Source: Mobula hypostoma
Taxonomy: Eukaryota
Length of the DNA stretch: 64,000 bases
Assembly (NCBI RefSeq): GCF_963921235.1
Contig: NC_086097.1
Span: 2,108,001-2,172,000 of the forward strand
Reading direction: 5' to 3'
Shown here: piece after piece, positions 25,790 to 39,580 of the stretch
Layout of the letters: every line of letters begins with the position of its first letter
Position numbering within the stretch: the first letter of the stretch is position 1
The notes under the pieces: generated by a model
Databases searched by the model: none
Told to the model about the DNA's origin: nothing
Seen by the model: the letters and a program-made list of their open reading frames with translations, nothing else
Program-made: the position numbers and the translations under genes

Positions 25790-27510
25790 AGTTGATATAG
25801 GACCACTAGAAAATGGGGCAGTAGAAATAATAACAAGGAGATGGCTGATGAACTAAATGAGTACTTTGCATCAGTCTTCACTGTGGAAGACACTAGCAGT
25901 TCGCCTGATGTTGCAGCATGTGAGGGAAGAGAAGTGGGTGCAGTTACTATTACAAGAGAGAATGTGCTCAAAAAGCTGAAAGACCTAAAGGTACGCAAGT
26001 CACCCGGAGCAGAGAAACTGCACCTGAGGGCTCTGAAAGAGATAGCGTTAGAGAATGTGGTGGCATTAGAAATGATCTTTCAAAATTCATTGGACTCTGG
26101 CTGGTTCCAGAGGACTGGAAAATTACGGATGTCACTCCACCCTTTAAGAAAGGAGGAAGGCAGCAGAGAGGAAATTATAGATCAGTTAGTAGAGGTGATG
26201 GAGTACTTGGTGACACAGGACAAGATAGGATAAAGTCAGTGTGATTTCCTTCAGGGAAAATCCTGCCTGATGAACCTGTTGGAATTCTTTGAGGACATTA
26301 CAAGTAGGATAGATAAAGGGGATGCAGTGCAAGTTGTATATTTGGATTTTCAGAAGGCCTTTGACAAGGTGCCACACATGAGGCTGCTTAACAAGTTAAG
26401 AGCCCATGGCATTACAAGAAAGTTAGAGCATTGGCTGATTGGTAGGAGGCAGTGAGTAGGAATAAAAAGATCCTTTTCTGGTTGGCTGCCAGTGACTAAT
26501 GGTGTTTCACAGGGGTCGGTGTTGGGACCACTTCTTTTTATACTGTATAAAAATGATTTAGATGATGGAATAGATGGCTTTGTTGCCAAGTTTGCAGATG
26601 ATACAAAGATTAGTGGAGGGGCAGGTATTATTGAAGAAACAGGTAGGCTGCAGAAGGACTTAGACAGATTAGGAGAATGGGCAAGAAAGTGGCAAATGAA
26701 GTAAAATGTTACGAAATGCATAGTCATGCACTTTGGTAGTAGAAATAAATATGCAGACTATTTTCTAAACGGGGAGAAAATCCAAAAATCTGAGATGCAA
26801 AGACACTTGGGGGTCCTTGTGCAGAACACCCTAAGGGTTAACTTGCAGGTTGAGTTGCAAATGTCACGTTAGCATTCATTTCAAGAGGTCTAGAATACAA
26901 GAGCAGGGATGTGATGCTGAGGCTTTATAAGGCACTGGTGAGGCCTCACCTTGAGTATTGTGAACAGTTTTGGGCTCCTCATCTCAGAAAAAGATGTGCT
27001 GGCATTGGAGGGGGTCCAGAGGAGGTTCACAAAGAGGATTCCAGGAATGAAAGGGTTATCATACGAGGAACATTTGATGGCTCTGGGTCTGTACTCACTG
27101 GAATTCAGAAGGATGATGGAGGATCTCATTGAAACCTTTCGAATGTTGAAAGGCCTAGACAGAGTGGATGTGGAAAGGATGTTTCCCATGGTGGGAGAGT
27201 CCAGGACAAGAGGGCACAGCCTCAAGTTAGAGGGGCGTCCATTTAAAACAGAGATGTGGAGAAATTTCTTTAGCCAAAGGGTGGTGATTTATGGAAGCTG
27301 TTGCCACATACAGCAGTAAGGAGCCAGGTCGTTGGGTGTATTTAAGGCAGAGATTAATCGGTTCTTGATTGGACATGGCATCAAAGGTAGAAGGCTGGGA
27401 ATTGGAGTTGAGGAGGAGGGAAAAAAGGATCAGCCATGATTGAATGGTGGAGAGGACTTGATGAGCCAGATGGCTTAATTCTTCTCCTATGTCTTATGGT
27501 CTTATGGTCT
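25790..27510 (+). mobile_element. Degenerate CR1 ORF2 and tail
   Basis: MADELNEYFASVFT through (TCTTATGG)n. Confidence 0.9.
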
Positions 27511-27914
27511 AAGAGATGTAGACCATTTCGAACCCAAGTGCAGAGGAGATCAGAAACGAGGATGGAATTGAATGAAGAATCTTTGCTTGTGGATTGCTTT
27601 GTCGCGAACATTGACAAGGACTCCAGAATTACGACGCACAGGGTGGGTAAACTCTAAACAAAGCAAGGACGAACAAAACCAAGGGAACTTCAATAGACTA
27701 ACAAAACAAGGCATGGGTGCACAGAAAACTAAAATAATATGCTAGTGAAAAGAATCAACTAATAACTGGGTGAGGAGGAGCATTGGCAACCCCTCCCCCC
27801 AAGCGGTTAAACCAGAGAGCAGCATCTCCCAAAGTGCCCGAGTGAACCACCTGCTGCCAGCCTGCAATAGATTCTGCAGAGTCCACAATGGTCTCATTCT
27901 CCAGCTCTGAACCC

Positions 27915-27950
27915 ACAGGACAGAACAGGACAGGACAGGACAGGACAGGA
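27915..27950. repeat. (ACAGG)n microsatellite
   Basis: About 7 pentamers. Confidence 0.85.
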
Positions 27951-28583
27951 GTGGAAGGAACTCACTCACCACCCTGAGGCACGCCCTAAAACCAACTGTA
28001 GGATTCACCAAGATGTGACTGATTTTCAACAATATTTCACATGTAGTGTGAGAGACAATGGACTTTGAAGATTTTCATGAGTTCCCTTCTTTGGTCAGAC
28101 TACCTGGTTAGTGGTACATTAAGTGAAGCAAGATGACTCCAGGTGACTCTCCTGTCGGAGCTGGAGAACGCCACCTGTTGTTTACAAGATGTACTGTAAG
28201 CAAAACCAGTATACGTGGTGTCAACCGAGGAGAGATTTACTCTTCAGCATGGGTACAAAAACAAATTAAAAATCTGTTGATGAAAATAACATTTAATCTT
28301 GTAATACACTTTCATTATAATAACTTATTCATAAAACACCTGTTCATAGACCAGCACTCGGCTGAGGAGGATTTGAATTGGACAGTAATTACACTACAGT
28401 GAAAAGAAGAGATACCATAATTGTTGGCAATCTGCATTCATACTGACAATGAATGTCAGCTCGAACGGTGATCATTGAAATCTTCTGCTATTCTTTGTAC
28501 TTTGAATACATTCTGTTTCTGTCGTGAATAATCAAGAGCATGAAAACACATTTTAATACTCTCACTTATTGGAGTACAGAAGC

Positions 28584-28832
28584 AACTGGTTTAGTGTAAC
28601 ACTGGTCAGGCAGATGGTTATAATGAAACCGGTTTAGGGTAACACTAGTCAGACAGGTGGTTATAATGAAACCGGTTTAGGGTAACACTGGTCAGGCAGA
28701 TGTTATACAATGAAACTGGTTTAGGGTAACACTGGTCAGGCAGGTGGTTATAATGAAACCGGTTTAGGGTAACACTGGTTGGGCAGGTGGTTATAATGAA
28801 ACCGGTTTAGGGTAATACTGGTTAGGCAGGTA
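28584..28832. repeat. 43-bp minisatellite, nearly 6 units
   Basis: ggtttag anchors at 28588, 28631, 28674, 28718, 28761, 28804. Confidence 0.93.
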
Positions 28833-28886
28833 GTAATGCAATAAAATCTTTAAGAGAAATAGCTTATTATAGCTAGCAGGATTAGG

Positions 28887-29320
28887 AACATAGAAACATA
28901 GAAAACATACAGCACAATACAGGCCCTTCGGCCCACAAAGCTGTACTGAACGTGTCCCTACCTTAGAACTACCTAGGCTTTACCCATAGCCCTCTGTTTT
29001 TCTAAGCTCCATGTAGCCATCCAGGAGTCTCTTAAAAGATCCTATTGTATCTGCCCTGACCACCATTGCTGGCAGCCCATTCCACGCACTCACCACTCTC
29101 TGCATAAAAAACTTACCCCTGACATCTCCTCTGTACCTACTTCCATGTACGTTAAAACTATGCCTTCTCATGCTAGCCATTTCAGCCCTGGGGAAAAGCC
29201 TCTGACTATCCACATGATCAATGCCTCTCATCATCTTATACACCTCTATCAGGTCACCTCTCACCCTCCGTCGCTCCAAGGAAAAAATCCGAGTTCACTC
29301 AACCTATTCTCATGAGGCAT
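28887..29320 (-). mobile_element. CR1 3' part (same subfamily as 5433-5890)
   Basis: ORF 28980..29279 and tail. Confidence 0.9.
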
Positions 29321-30579
29321 GCAAACATTGGTACATATATCAGCAGAGGCCAAGCCATTGGGTATATTTAAAGTGGAGGTTCTTGATTAGTCAGAGTGTC
29401 GAAGGTTACAGGGATTGAAAGGGATAATAAATCAGCCCTGGTGCATTGATGGAGCAGGATTTCGGAATTCTGTTCCCCTGCCTGAAGGTCTTATCCTTAT
29501 TCATTCCTGATTCAGTCTGAAGAGCATCTTACAGTTCATCCTTAACATCAGTTCTGTATGTTTTCATGTTGTACAAATACTGTCGTTGGATGATAAATGC
29601 ATCTTTAAACATGTTTAGTTTTCAACCCTCATCAAATGTGCTATAACCTGATAACCTCCATCAGCAATATTCACTCATTTCCTGCAATAACTACTATTTC
29701 TACTTCCAATTTCCTGGCAATTATCTGGGGGTTACAAGCAGTGAGATGACTAAAGGCTCAGACTAATATCCGAGGTTATACTGAAACAAATCGTGTTCCA
29801 TATATAAAGAATGAAAGCCCCTGTACTCAGTACTGGGAATCCAAAGAAGATCTGCACCAAATGATGCCTAGAAAATCAAACTGCTCACTTATGGGGGTGC
29901 TTCTGTAACAGATACATCATTCTGAAACAGAGTTTATGAACAAATAGAATCCTAGACCCAGTATTTAGTTATGTAAAACACAAGCCATCATCACAGGCCA
30001 GTTAGGAAAGAAAGAAACCTCCACGAAAGCAGAGTGGTTAGTGTGACACTATTACAACTCAGGGCATTCTGCAGCTTGGAGTTTGATTTTGGCACCATCT
30101 GTAAGGAGTTCGTACCTTCTCTCTGTGAACCCCGCGTGTGCTCCAGTTTCCTCCCACAGTCCAAAGACGTACCATGTAGTAGGTTAATGTGTCATTGTAA
30201 GTTGTCCTGTGATTAGGCTGGGGTTAAATAAGACTCACCTTGAGGAAGGCTTTCCAGCCAAAATGTCAACTTTTATTCATTTCCATTGCCTGAGCTGCTG
30301 AGTTCCTCCAGCATTTTGTATGTGTTGCTCTGGATTTCCAGCATCTGCAGAATCTCCTGTGTTCAGTGTGTACATGTAGGTGTGTGGAAGCACGCAGGTG
30401 TGAATGTATGTATCTTTGTGCACAATGCATATATAGAGTTACAGAGTCATAGAGAAGTACAGCACAGAAACAGACCCTTCAGCCCATCTAGTCCATGCCA
30501 AATCCATTTAAGCTACTTACTCCCATCGACCGGCACCAGATCATAGCCCTCCATACCCCTACCATCCATGTACCTATCC

Positions 30580-33232
30580 AAACATAGAAACATAGAAACA
30601 TAGAAAATAGGTGCAGGAGTAGGCCATTCGGCCCTTCGAGCCTGCACCGCCATTTATTATGATCATGGCTGATCATCCAACTCAGAACCCCGCACCAGCC
30701 TTCCCTCCATACCCCCTGACCCCCGTAGCCACAAGGGCCATATCTAACTCCCTCTTAAATATAGCCAATGAACTGGCCTCAACTGTTTCCTGTGGCAGAG
30801 AATTCCACAGATTCACCACTCTCTGTGTGAAGAAGTTTTTCCTAATCTCGGTCCTAAAAGGCTTCCCCTTTATCCTCAAACTGTGACCCCTTGTTCTGGA
30901 CTTCCCCAACATCGGGAACAATCTTCCTGCATCTAGCCTGTCCAATCCCTTTAGGATCTTATACGTTTCAATCAGATCCCCCCTCAATCTTCTAAATTCC
31001 AACGAGTACAAGCCCAGTTCATCCAGTCTTTCTTCATATGAAAGTCCTGCCATCCCAGGAATCAATCTGGTGAACCTTCTTTGTACTTCCTCTATGGCAA
31101 GGATGTCTTTCCTCAGATTAGGGGACCAAAACTGCACACAATACTCCAGGTGTGGTCTCACCAAGGCCTTTTACAACTGCAGTAGTACCTCCCTGCTCCT
31201 GTACTCGAATCCTCTCGCTATAAATGCCAGCATACCATTCGCCTTTTTCACCGCCTGCTGTACCTGCATGCCCACTTTCAATGACTGGTGTATAATGACA
31301 CCCAGGTCTCGTTGCACCTCCCCTTTTCCGAATCGGCCACCATTCAGATAATAATCTGTTTTCCTATTTTTGCCACCAAAGTGGATAACTTCACATTTAT
31401 CCACACTAAATTGCATCTGCCATGAATTTGCCCACTCACCCAACCTATCCAAGTCACTCTGCATCCTCTTAGCATCCTCCTCACAGCTAACACTGCCGCC
31501 CAGCTTCATGTCATCCGCAAACTTGGAGATGCTGCATTTAATTCCCTCATCCAAGTCATTACTATATATTGTAAACAACTGGGGTCCCAGCACTGAGCCT
31601 TGCGGTACCCCACTAGTCACCGCCTGCCATTCTGAAAAGGTCCCGTTTATTCCCACTCTTTGCTTCCTGTCTGCTAACCAATTCTCCACCCACATCAATA
31701 CCTTACCCCCAATACCGTGTGCTTTAAGTTTGCACACTAATCTCCTGTGTGGGACCTTGTCAAAAGCCTTTTGAAAATCCAAATATACCACATCCACTGG
31801 TTCTCCCCTATCCACTCTACTAGTTACATCCTCAAAAAATTCTATGAGATTCGTCAGACATGATTTTCCTTTCACAAATCCATGCTGACTTTGTCCGATC
31901 ATTTCACCGCTTTCCAAATGTGCTGTTATCACATCTTTGATAACTGACTCCAGCAGTTTCCCCACCACCGACGTTAGGCTAACCGGTCTATAATTCCCCG
32001 GTTTCTCTCTCCCTCCTTTTTTAAAAAGTGGGGTTACATTAGTCACCCTCCAATCCTCAGGAACTAGTCCAGAATCTAAAGAGTTTTGAAAAATTACCAC
32101 TAATGCATCCACTATTTCTTGAGCTACTTCCTTAAGCACTCTGGGATGCAGACCATCTGGCCCTGGGGATTTATCTGCCTCCAATCCCTTCAATTTACCT
32201 AACACCACTTCCCTACTAACATGTATTTCGCTCAGTTCCTCCATCTCACTGGACCCTCTGTCCCCTACTATTTCTGGAAGATTATTTATGTCCTCCTTAG
32301 TGAAGACAGAACCAAAGTAATTATTCAATTGGTCTGCCATGTCCTTGCTCCCCATAATCAATTCACCTGTTTCTGTCTGTAGGGGACCTACATTTGTCTT
32401 TACCAGTCTTTTCCTTTTTACATATCTATAAAAGCTTTTACAGTCAGTTTTTATGTTCCCTGCCAGTTTTCTCTCATAATCTTTTTTCCCCTTCCTAATT
32501 AAGCCCTTTGTCTTCCTCTGCTGAACTCTGAATTTCTCCCAGTCCTCAGGTGAGCCACTTTCTCTGGCTAATTTGTATGCTTCTTCTTTGGAATTGATAC
32601 TATCCCTAATTTCTCTTGTCAGCCACGGGTGCACTACCTTCCTTGATTTATTCTTTTGCCAAACTGGGATGAACAATTGTTGTAGTTCATCCATGCAACC
32701 TTTAAATGCTTGCCATTGCATATCCACCGTCAATCCTTTAAGTGTCATTTGCCAGTCTATCTCAGCTAATTCACGTCTCATACCTTCAAAGTTACCCCTC
32801 TAAGTTCAGAACCTTTGTTTCTGAATTAACTATGTTACTCTCCATCTTAATGAAGAATTCCACCATATTATGGTCACTCTTATCCAAGGGGCCTCTCACG
32901 ACAAGATTGCTAATTAACCCTTCTTCATTGCTCAAAACCCAGTCCAGAATAGCCTGCTCTCTAGTTGGTTCCTCGACATGTTGGTTCAAAAAACCATCCC
33001 GCATACATTCCAAGAAATCCTCTTCCTCAGCACCTTTACCAATTTGGTTCACACAATCTACATGTAGATTGAAGTCACCCATTATAACTGCTGTTCCTTT
33101 ATTGCATACGTTTCTGATTTCCTGTTTAATACCATCTCCGACCTCACTACTACTGTTAGGTGGCCTGTACACAACTCCCACCAGCGTCTTCTGCCCCTTA
33201 GTGTTATGCAGCTCTACCCATATCGATTCCAC
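30580..33232 (-). mobile_element. Young CR1 subfamily A, ~2.65 kb (partial endonuclease plus RT)
   Basis: ORFs 32792..33232 (VYRPP, MGDFN, SDH), 31171..32781 and 30682..31164; one frameshift and one in-frame stop. Confidence 0.96.
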
Positions 33233-33862
33233 GAACTTCTCTTTAACATTGAAATCGAGCTTGCATGCATCACTTGTGCTGGTAGCTCAATGCTAGACTT
33301 TCATGACCCTCTGGGTAAAGAACTTTCCCCTCATGTTCCCCTTAAACTTTTCACCTTTCACCCTTAACCCATGACTTCTGGTTGTTATCCCACCCAACCT
33401 CAGTGGAAAAAGCCTGCTTGCATTTACCCTGTCTATGCCCCTCATAATTTTGTATACCTCTATCAAATCTCCCCTCAATCTTCTACAGTTTAAGGAATAC
33501 AAACATAACATAGTCAATCTTTTCCTATAACTCAGGTCCTCAAGACCTGGCAACATTCTTGTAAATTTTCTTTGTACTCTGTTAACCTGGTTTATATCTC
33601 TCCTGTAGGTAGGTGATCAAATCTGCACACAATACTCCAAGTTAGGCCTCATCAATGTCTTGTACAACTTCAACATAACATCCCAACTCCTGTACTCAGT
33701 ACATTGATTTATGAAGGCCAAGCTTTCTTTACGATCCTATCCACCTGTGACACCACTTTCAATGAATGATGGATCTGTATTCCCTGATCCTTCTGTTCTA
33801 CCACACTCCTCAGTGCCCGACCATTCACTGTGTAAGACCTACCCTGGTTGATCCCACTAAAG

Positions 33863-35398
33863 GAGACTAGTGTTGAAATTGCGGGGGCCCTGGCAGAAAT
33901 ATTTAAAATGTCGCTGTCTACAGGTGAAGTGCCGGAGGATTGGAGAGTGGCTCATGTTGTTCCGTTGTTTAAAAAAGGATCAAAAAGTAATCCGGGAAAT
34001 TATAGGCCAGTAAATTTAACGTCAGTAGTAGGTAAGTTATTGGAGGGAGTACTAACAGACAGAATCTACAAGCATTTGGATAGACAGGGTCTTATTTGGG
34101 AGAGTCAACATGGCTTTGTGCATGGTAGGTCATGTTTGACCAATCTATTGGAGTTTTTCGAGGAGGTTACCAGGAAAGTCGATGAAGGGAAGGCAGTGGA
34201 TATTGTCTACATGGACTTCAGTAAGGCCTTTGACAAGGTCCCGCATGGGAGGTTAGTTAGAAAAATTCAGTCACTAGGTATAGATGGAGAGGTGGTAAAT
34301 TGGATTAGACATTGGCTCAGTGGAAGAAGCCAAAGCGTGGTAGTAGAGAATTGCTTCTCCGAGTGGAGGCCTGTGACTAGTGGTGTGCCACAGGGATCAG
34401 TGCTGGGTCCATTGTTATTTGTCATCTCTCTCAATGATCTGGATGATAATGTGGTAAACTGGATCAGCAAATTTGCTGATGATACAAAGATTGGAGGTGT
34501 AGTAGACAGTGAGGAAGATTTTCAGAGCCTGCAGAGGGACTTGGACCAGCTGGAAAAATGGGCTGAAAAATGGCAGATGGAGTTTAATACAGACAAGTGT
34601 GAGGTATTGCACGTTGGAAGGACAAACCAAGGTAGAACATACAGGGTTAATGGTAAGGCACTGAGGAGTGCAGTGGAACAGAGGGATCTGGGAATACAGA
34701 TACAAAATTCCCTAAAAGTGGCGTCACAGGTAGATAGGGTTGTAAAAAGAGCTTTTGGTACATTGGCCTTTAATAATCAAAGTATTGAGTATAAGAGCTA
34801 GAATGTTATGATGAGGTTGTATAAGGCATTGGTGAGGCCGAATCTGGAGTATTGTGTTCAGTTTTGGTCACCAAATTACAGGAAGAATATAAATAAGGTT
34901 GAAAGAGTGCAAAGAAGGTTTACAAAGATGTTGCTGGGACTTGAGAAACTCAGTTACAGGGAGAGGTTGAATAGGTTGGGACTTTATTCCCTGGAGTGTA
35001 GAAGAATGAGGGGAGATTTGATAGAGGTATATAAAGTTATGATGGGTATTGATAGAGTGAATGCAAGCAGGCTTTTTCCACTGAGGCAAGGGGAGAAAAA
35101 AACCAGAGGACATGGGTTAAGGGTGAGGAGGGAAAAGTTTAAAGGGAACATTAGGGAGGGCTTCTTCACACAGAGAGTGGTGGGAGTATGGAATGAGCTG
35201 CCAGGCGAGATGGTAAATGCGGGTTCTTTTTTAACACTTAAGAATAAATTGGACAGATACGTGGATGGGAGGTGTATGGAGGGATATGGTCCGTGTGCAG
35301 GTCAGTGGGACTAGGCAGAAAATGGTTTGGCACAGCCAAGAAGGGCCAAAAGGCTTGTTTCTGTGCTGTAGTTTCTATGGTTCTATGGTTCTATGGTT
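33863..35398 (+). mobile_element. Young CR1 subfamily B (RT), probable TSD CTAAAG
   Basis: ORFs 33848..34801 and 34808..35314 are in one frame with a single TAG; CTAAAG at 33857-33862 and 35399-35404. Confidence 0.95.
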
Positions 35399-36974
35399 CT
35401 AAAGTACAAAAGTTCATGCTTCTCTGCATTGTTCCATCTGCCATTTTTCAGCCCATTTTTCCAGCTGATTCAGATCCCTCACAAGCCATGATAGCCTTCC
35501 TCACTGTCCACTAAACCCCCAATCTTGGTGTTATCCACAAATTTGCTGATCCAGTTAACCAGATTACCATCCAGATCATTGATATAGACAGATCCAGCAC
35601 TGATCCCCCAGCATTCCTCTAGTCACCGGCTTCCAGTTAGAGAGATACCCATCTCCTACCTCTGGTCATTCCACTAGTCACCGGCTTCTAGTTAGAGAGG
35701 CACCCATCTACTACCTCTAGTTTATCCTGTAAATCCAATGTCTAATCCAATTTACTACCTCATCTTGAATGCTGAACAACTGAACCTTCTTGACCAATCT
35801 CCCATGTGGGATCTTGTCAAGTACCTTGCTAAAGTCCAAGTTGACAACATCCACTTTCCTGGTAACTTCCTCAAAAAACTCTATGAGATTATTCAGACAT
35901 GACCAACCATGCATGAAGCCATGCTGACTATCCTTAATCACTTCATATCTATCCAAATATTTGGTCTCATAGAACACCTCCCACACTGATGTCAGACTCA
36001 CTGGCCTATAATTTCCTGCTTAATGTTTAGAGCCTTTTTAATCAGCAGAACGTTGGTTATTCTCCAATCCTCTGGTACCTCTCCTGTTGCTAAGGATGAT
36101 TTAAATATCACTGCTAGGGCCCAAGCAATTTCTGGACTTGCCTACCATAGGGTCTGAGAGAACACCTAGTCAGGCTCTGAGGATTTATTAATTAAGATTT
36201 GCCTCAAGACAGCAAACACCTCCTCCTCTGTCATCTGTAGAGGGTCCATACTCTACTGTAGAGGGTGATACTGCTTTGCCTTACTTCTAAAACTCTGTCC
36301 ATCTCCCGAGTAAATACAGATGCAAAAAAATTACTAAATATCTCCCCTGCATTTCTATGATTCAGTTTATATGTATTTGTGTTGAGCTGGAATTACTTAG
36401 TGCATGTGAAAATTGGTATAGTTATGAAAAATAATCCATAGTAACACTCAAATGTAACAAAAATGAAATTTACTGCATTTATAGATACGAAGAACAATCC
36501 TAGCATGTAACAGAAAGAAAATCCAAGCAAAACTCAGGGCTTCAAGTCACTTTACAAATCGCTCTCAAACAAATTGGATTTATAATTTTATGGATTCATT
36601 TTCAAAATAAACTTAGCATAAGATCTTTTAATGGCCTGCTTTTACACAGTGAAATAAGATTACATGTTTAAATCAAAATGAAATCCATAACAGTGGAAAA
36701 TTAGGAAGAGGGGAAAAGTCACGAAAGTCAGTAATTCACAGCCTCTGCTTGAACAGGCAATTGAGTCTCTTCATTAGAGTCAACTTTACACCAGTGAGAG
36801 AATATTCTGAATTATTCTTTGGCTATTGGAAGATTCATGGGCACACAGTTTATAATTTCTGAAAATAAAACTATTTCTTAAGCCATTATTGAACTGTCAT
36901 TTTCTTTCTGTTAAGATTTGCCTGGATTTTGGCATTTTCAGTGTGGTCAGGCACCACATGACGCAATTCTGATA

Positions 36975-37285
36975 GGACATAGAACTCTGAACAGTACAGC
37001 ACCGGAACAGGCCCTTCGGCCCACAGTGTTGTGCTGAACCTACTAAATGAGTGATCACCTAAACTAACCCCTTCCGCCTCACATTCATGTGCCTATCCAA
37101 ACATCTTTTAAATGTTCCTGACTCTACCACCACCCCAGGTAGTGCATTCCAGTGTAAATAAAACTTGCCCCTCGATGTCCCCTTTGAAATTACTTCCTTT
37201 AGTGTTAGACATTTCAATCCTGGCAAACAGATACTGCCTGTCTACTCTATCTATGCCTTTCCTAATCTTATAAACCTCTATCATG
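36975..37285 (-). mobile_element. CR1 3' end
   Basis: IEVYKIRKGIDRVD motif. Confidence 0.8.
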
Positions 37286-37999
37286 CTATCTACGATATTA
37301 GCATTTTCAATGTAGTCAGGCAACACATTATTCAACTTGGTTTCATTGGTGACCCGCCAGATATTCTGGCAAATAAATTACTTCCCTTAAAACTGATGCT
37401 GGGCACCGTGTTCCACTGATGAAGAAGCTCTCCTGCCAAGTATAGTTTGCATTATTATTGCTCTTGTCATTTATTGATTAGATAGTATTCTGATTTAAAG
37501 AAATACTTCCAATGGCTTTAGAATTTTTTTTTAGCATTACAGTCAATATGCTGCCATCTGTCATTGTTAATGCAATCACAGCTGAATGTTTATGTCCCAA
37601 GTGACCGCTGATATATTCTGTAGCTCCCAGTATGTTTACTGGACTGTCAGCATACCTGCTATTAGAACCTTAACTGCAAAGGCCAGTTCCCAAAATATTA
37701 GTGTATTAGGGACACTAATCCTTTAGCAGGTGAGAGTCTGACTGCTTTTCAGTGAATTTTCAGTATGCACTTATTCATCCAGGGCAGAGTGTTGCCAGGG
37801 AAATATCTCATCATATATGGCTGGTTTCTCAATAACAATACTGTAACAAAGTTTTTGAATAAAGTGTTCAGTCTTTGGAAATGATTCCCCAAAAAGGAAA
37901 CGGCGGTTCAGTTGCTGAGTAAAAGTGTGATGAACGTCAATAGCTTGTTAGATTACCTCTTCAGAAGGTGATTCCCCAAAAGGGTGACATTGTCGTTAA

Positions 38000-39580
38000 G
38001 GTCCCCCATCGCCCAGGACTTCTCCTCTTCTCGTCGCTGCCCTGAGGAGGATGTCCGGCAGCCTGGAGGTGCACATCCAGCATTTCAGGAGCTGCTTCTC
38101 ATCCTCCACCGTCTGATTTCTGAATGGACAATGAACCCATCAACACTGCCTCACTATCTTTTGGTTCTCTTTTTACACTACTCAATGAACTCCATTTTTA
38201 CATGTACAGTATTTCTTACTGTAATTTATAGTTTTTTATTATGTTTTGCAATGTACTGCTATAGCACAAGAGCAAATTTCACGACATATGCCAGTGCTAT
38301 TAAACCTGATTCAGCTTCAGATTAGATTGTTAGACCAAGGGATATGAAGTCAGTACCGTATCTGAAAGTGACATTGAGGGGAAATGATTAGCCATAATCT
38401 TACAGAATGACAGGATGGGTGTGACGGGCCGAAAATTCCTCTCGCTTCTGTTGATGTTCCCATCTGTAAACGTCTCTGCAAGTTTCATTGTCTGAGGTTC
38501 CAAAGGTTCACTTACTGTGAAAGTCCGTATGCTGTATACAACTCTGAGATTCATCGTCTCTAGACAGCCACGAAACAAAGGAAACCAAGAAAGTCATTCA
38601 AAGAGAAATTGCCCCAAACTTAAATTGCAACGGCAACTAGATCACCAAACTACCCCACGCCTCCACGCCTGAAAATCAAATTGGTGAACCGATAGAACAT
38701 CAAACCCCACCTCCCATACAAAAAAACTTACAAATGGCGCCAACATTAAAATTAAATTGCTCAGTAGGTAACAAGAAAGGATGGGCAAAAACACAGAATA
38801 TAAAAGACAAAAAATCGAGAAAGAGCGCAGTCCAGTCCAGTCCATAGATCCATTAAATCACTGAACTGTCCTCCACAGGCGATTCTCCATAAGGGAGAGG
38901 GAGGCTGCTCAAACTCACAGGCAGAGCAGTGAGGGGGGGGGGCAGGCCGTCGCACACCTCACCAAGAGTAGATCAGCAAACAACTTCACTTGCTGTTCCT
39001 ATCCTCCATACGGTACCTGACTTGTCAAACGTTTCCAAAAGTTGCTGAACTTCAGATTTCCATTATTTGTGGTTTTTGTTTTTACTTTTCGTGTCGGGTT
39101 CAAAGTAAATTTATTATCAAAGAATATATATGTTACCCGATAGAATCCTGAGATTCATTTTCGTGCAGGATTTGTAAGAAGGAAGAAATATAATGGAATT
39201 GCATGAAAAACGTACATAACCCATCAAAGACTGATAAACAACAAATGTGCGAAAGGAGACGGGCTGTGCAAATAGAACACTATTGTGAATGGTTGGAATG
39301 ACTCTTTGACAGTGAGAATCAGGTCAGGGTATGATGACCGGGGTTACCAGTGCTGGTTCAGGGGTAACAACTACCCCTGAACCTGGTGGTGTGGGACATA
39401 AGGCTGCTGTTCTTCCTACCCAGTGGGAGTAGGGAGGAGAGAGTATGGTCTGGTGGGTACTTCTTTCCTGTGGCAGAACCCCATATAAATGTGTTCAATG
39501 GTTGGCAGGACTGCACCTGTGGTGGTGTGGGCCGTGCCACCATTTTCTGCTGCCTTTTCCATTCCTGGGCACTGGCGTTT
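38000..39580. mobile_element. Old Rex1-type remnants (38000-38325 +, 39300-39580 -) with related 3'UTR pieces between
   Basis: HTLSSLLPLGR...SHTTRFRGSCYP motif; TAAACCTGATT tails. Confidence 0.6.

Larger units (their letters stand above)
30440..36350 (-). mobile_element. Older CR1 host in pieces (30440-30580, 33233-33862, 35399-36350) split by two young CR1s
   Basis: Host sequence resumes colinearly after each insertion (compare 20755-21955). Confidence 0.8.

Noticed and set aside
31171..32781. Retron, group II intron or other prokaryotic RT system
   Set aside because: An AP-endonuclease region, FADD-type RT and octamer tails identify CR1 LINEs.
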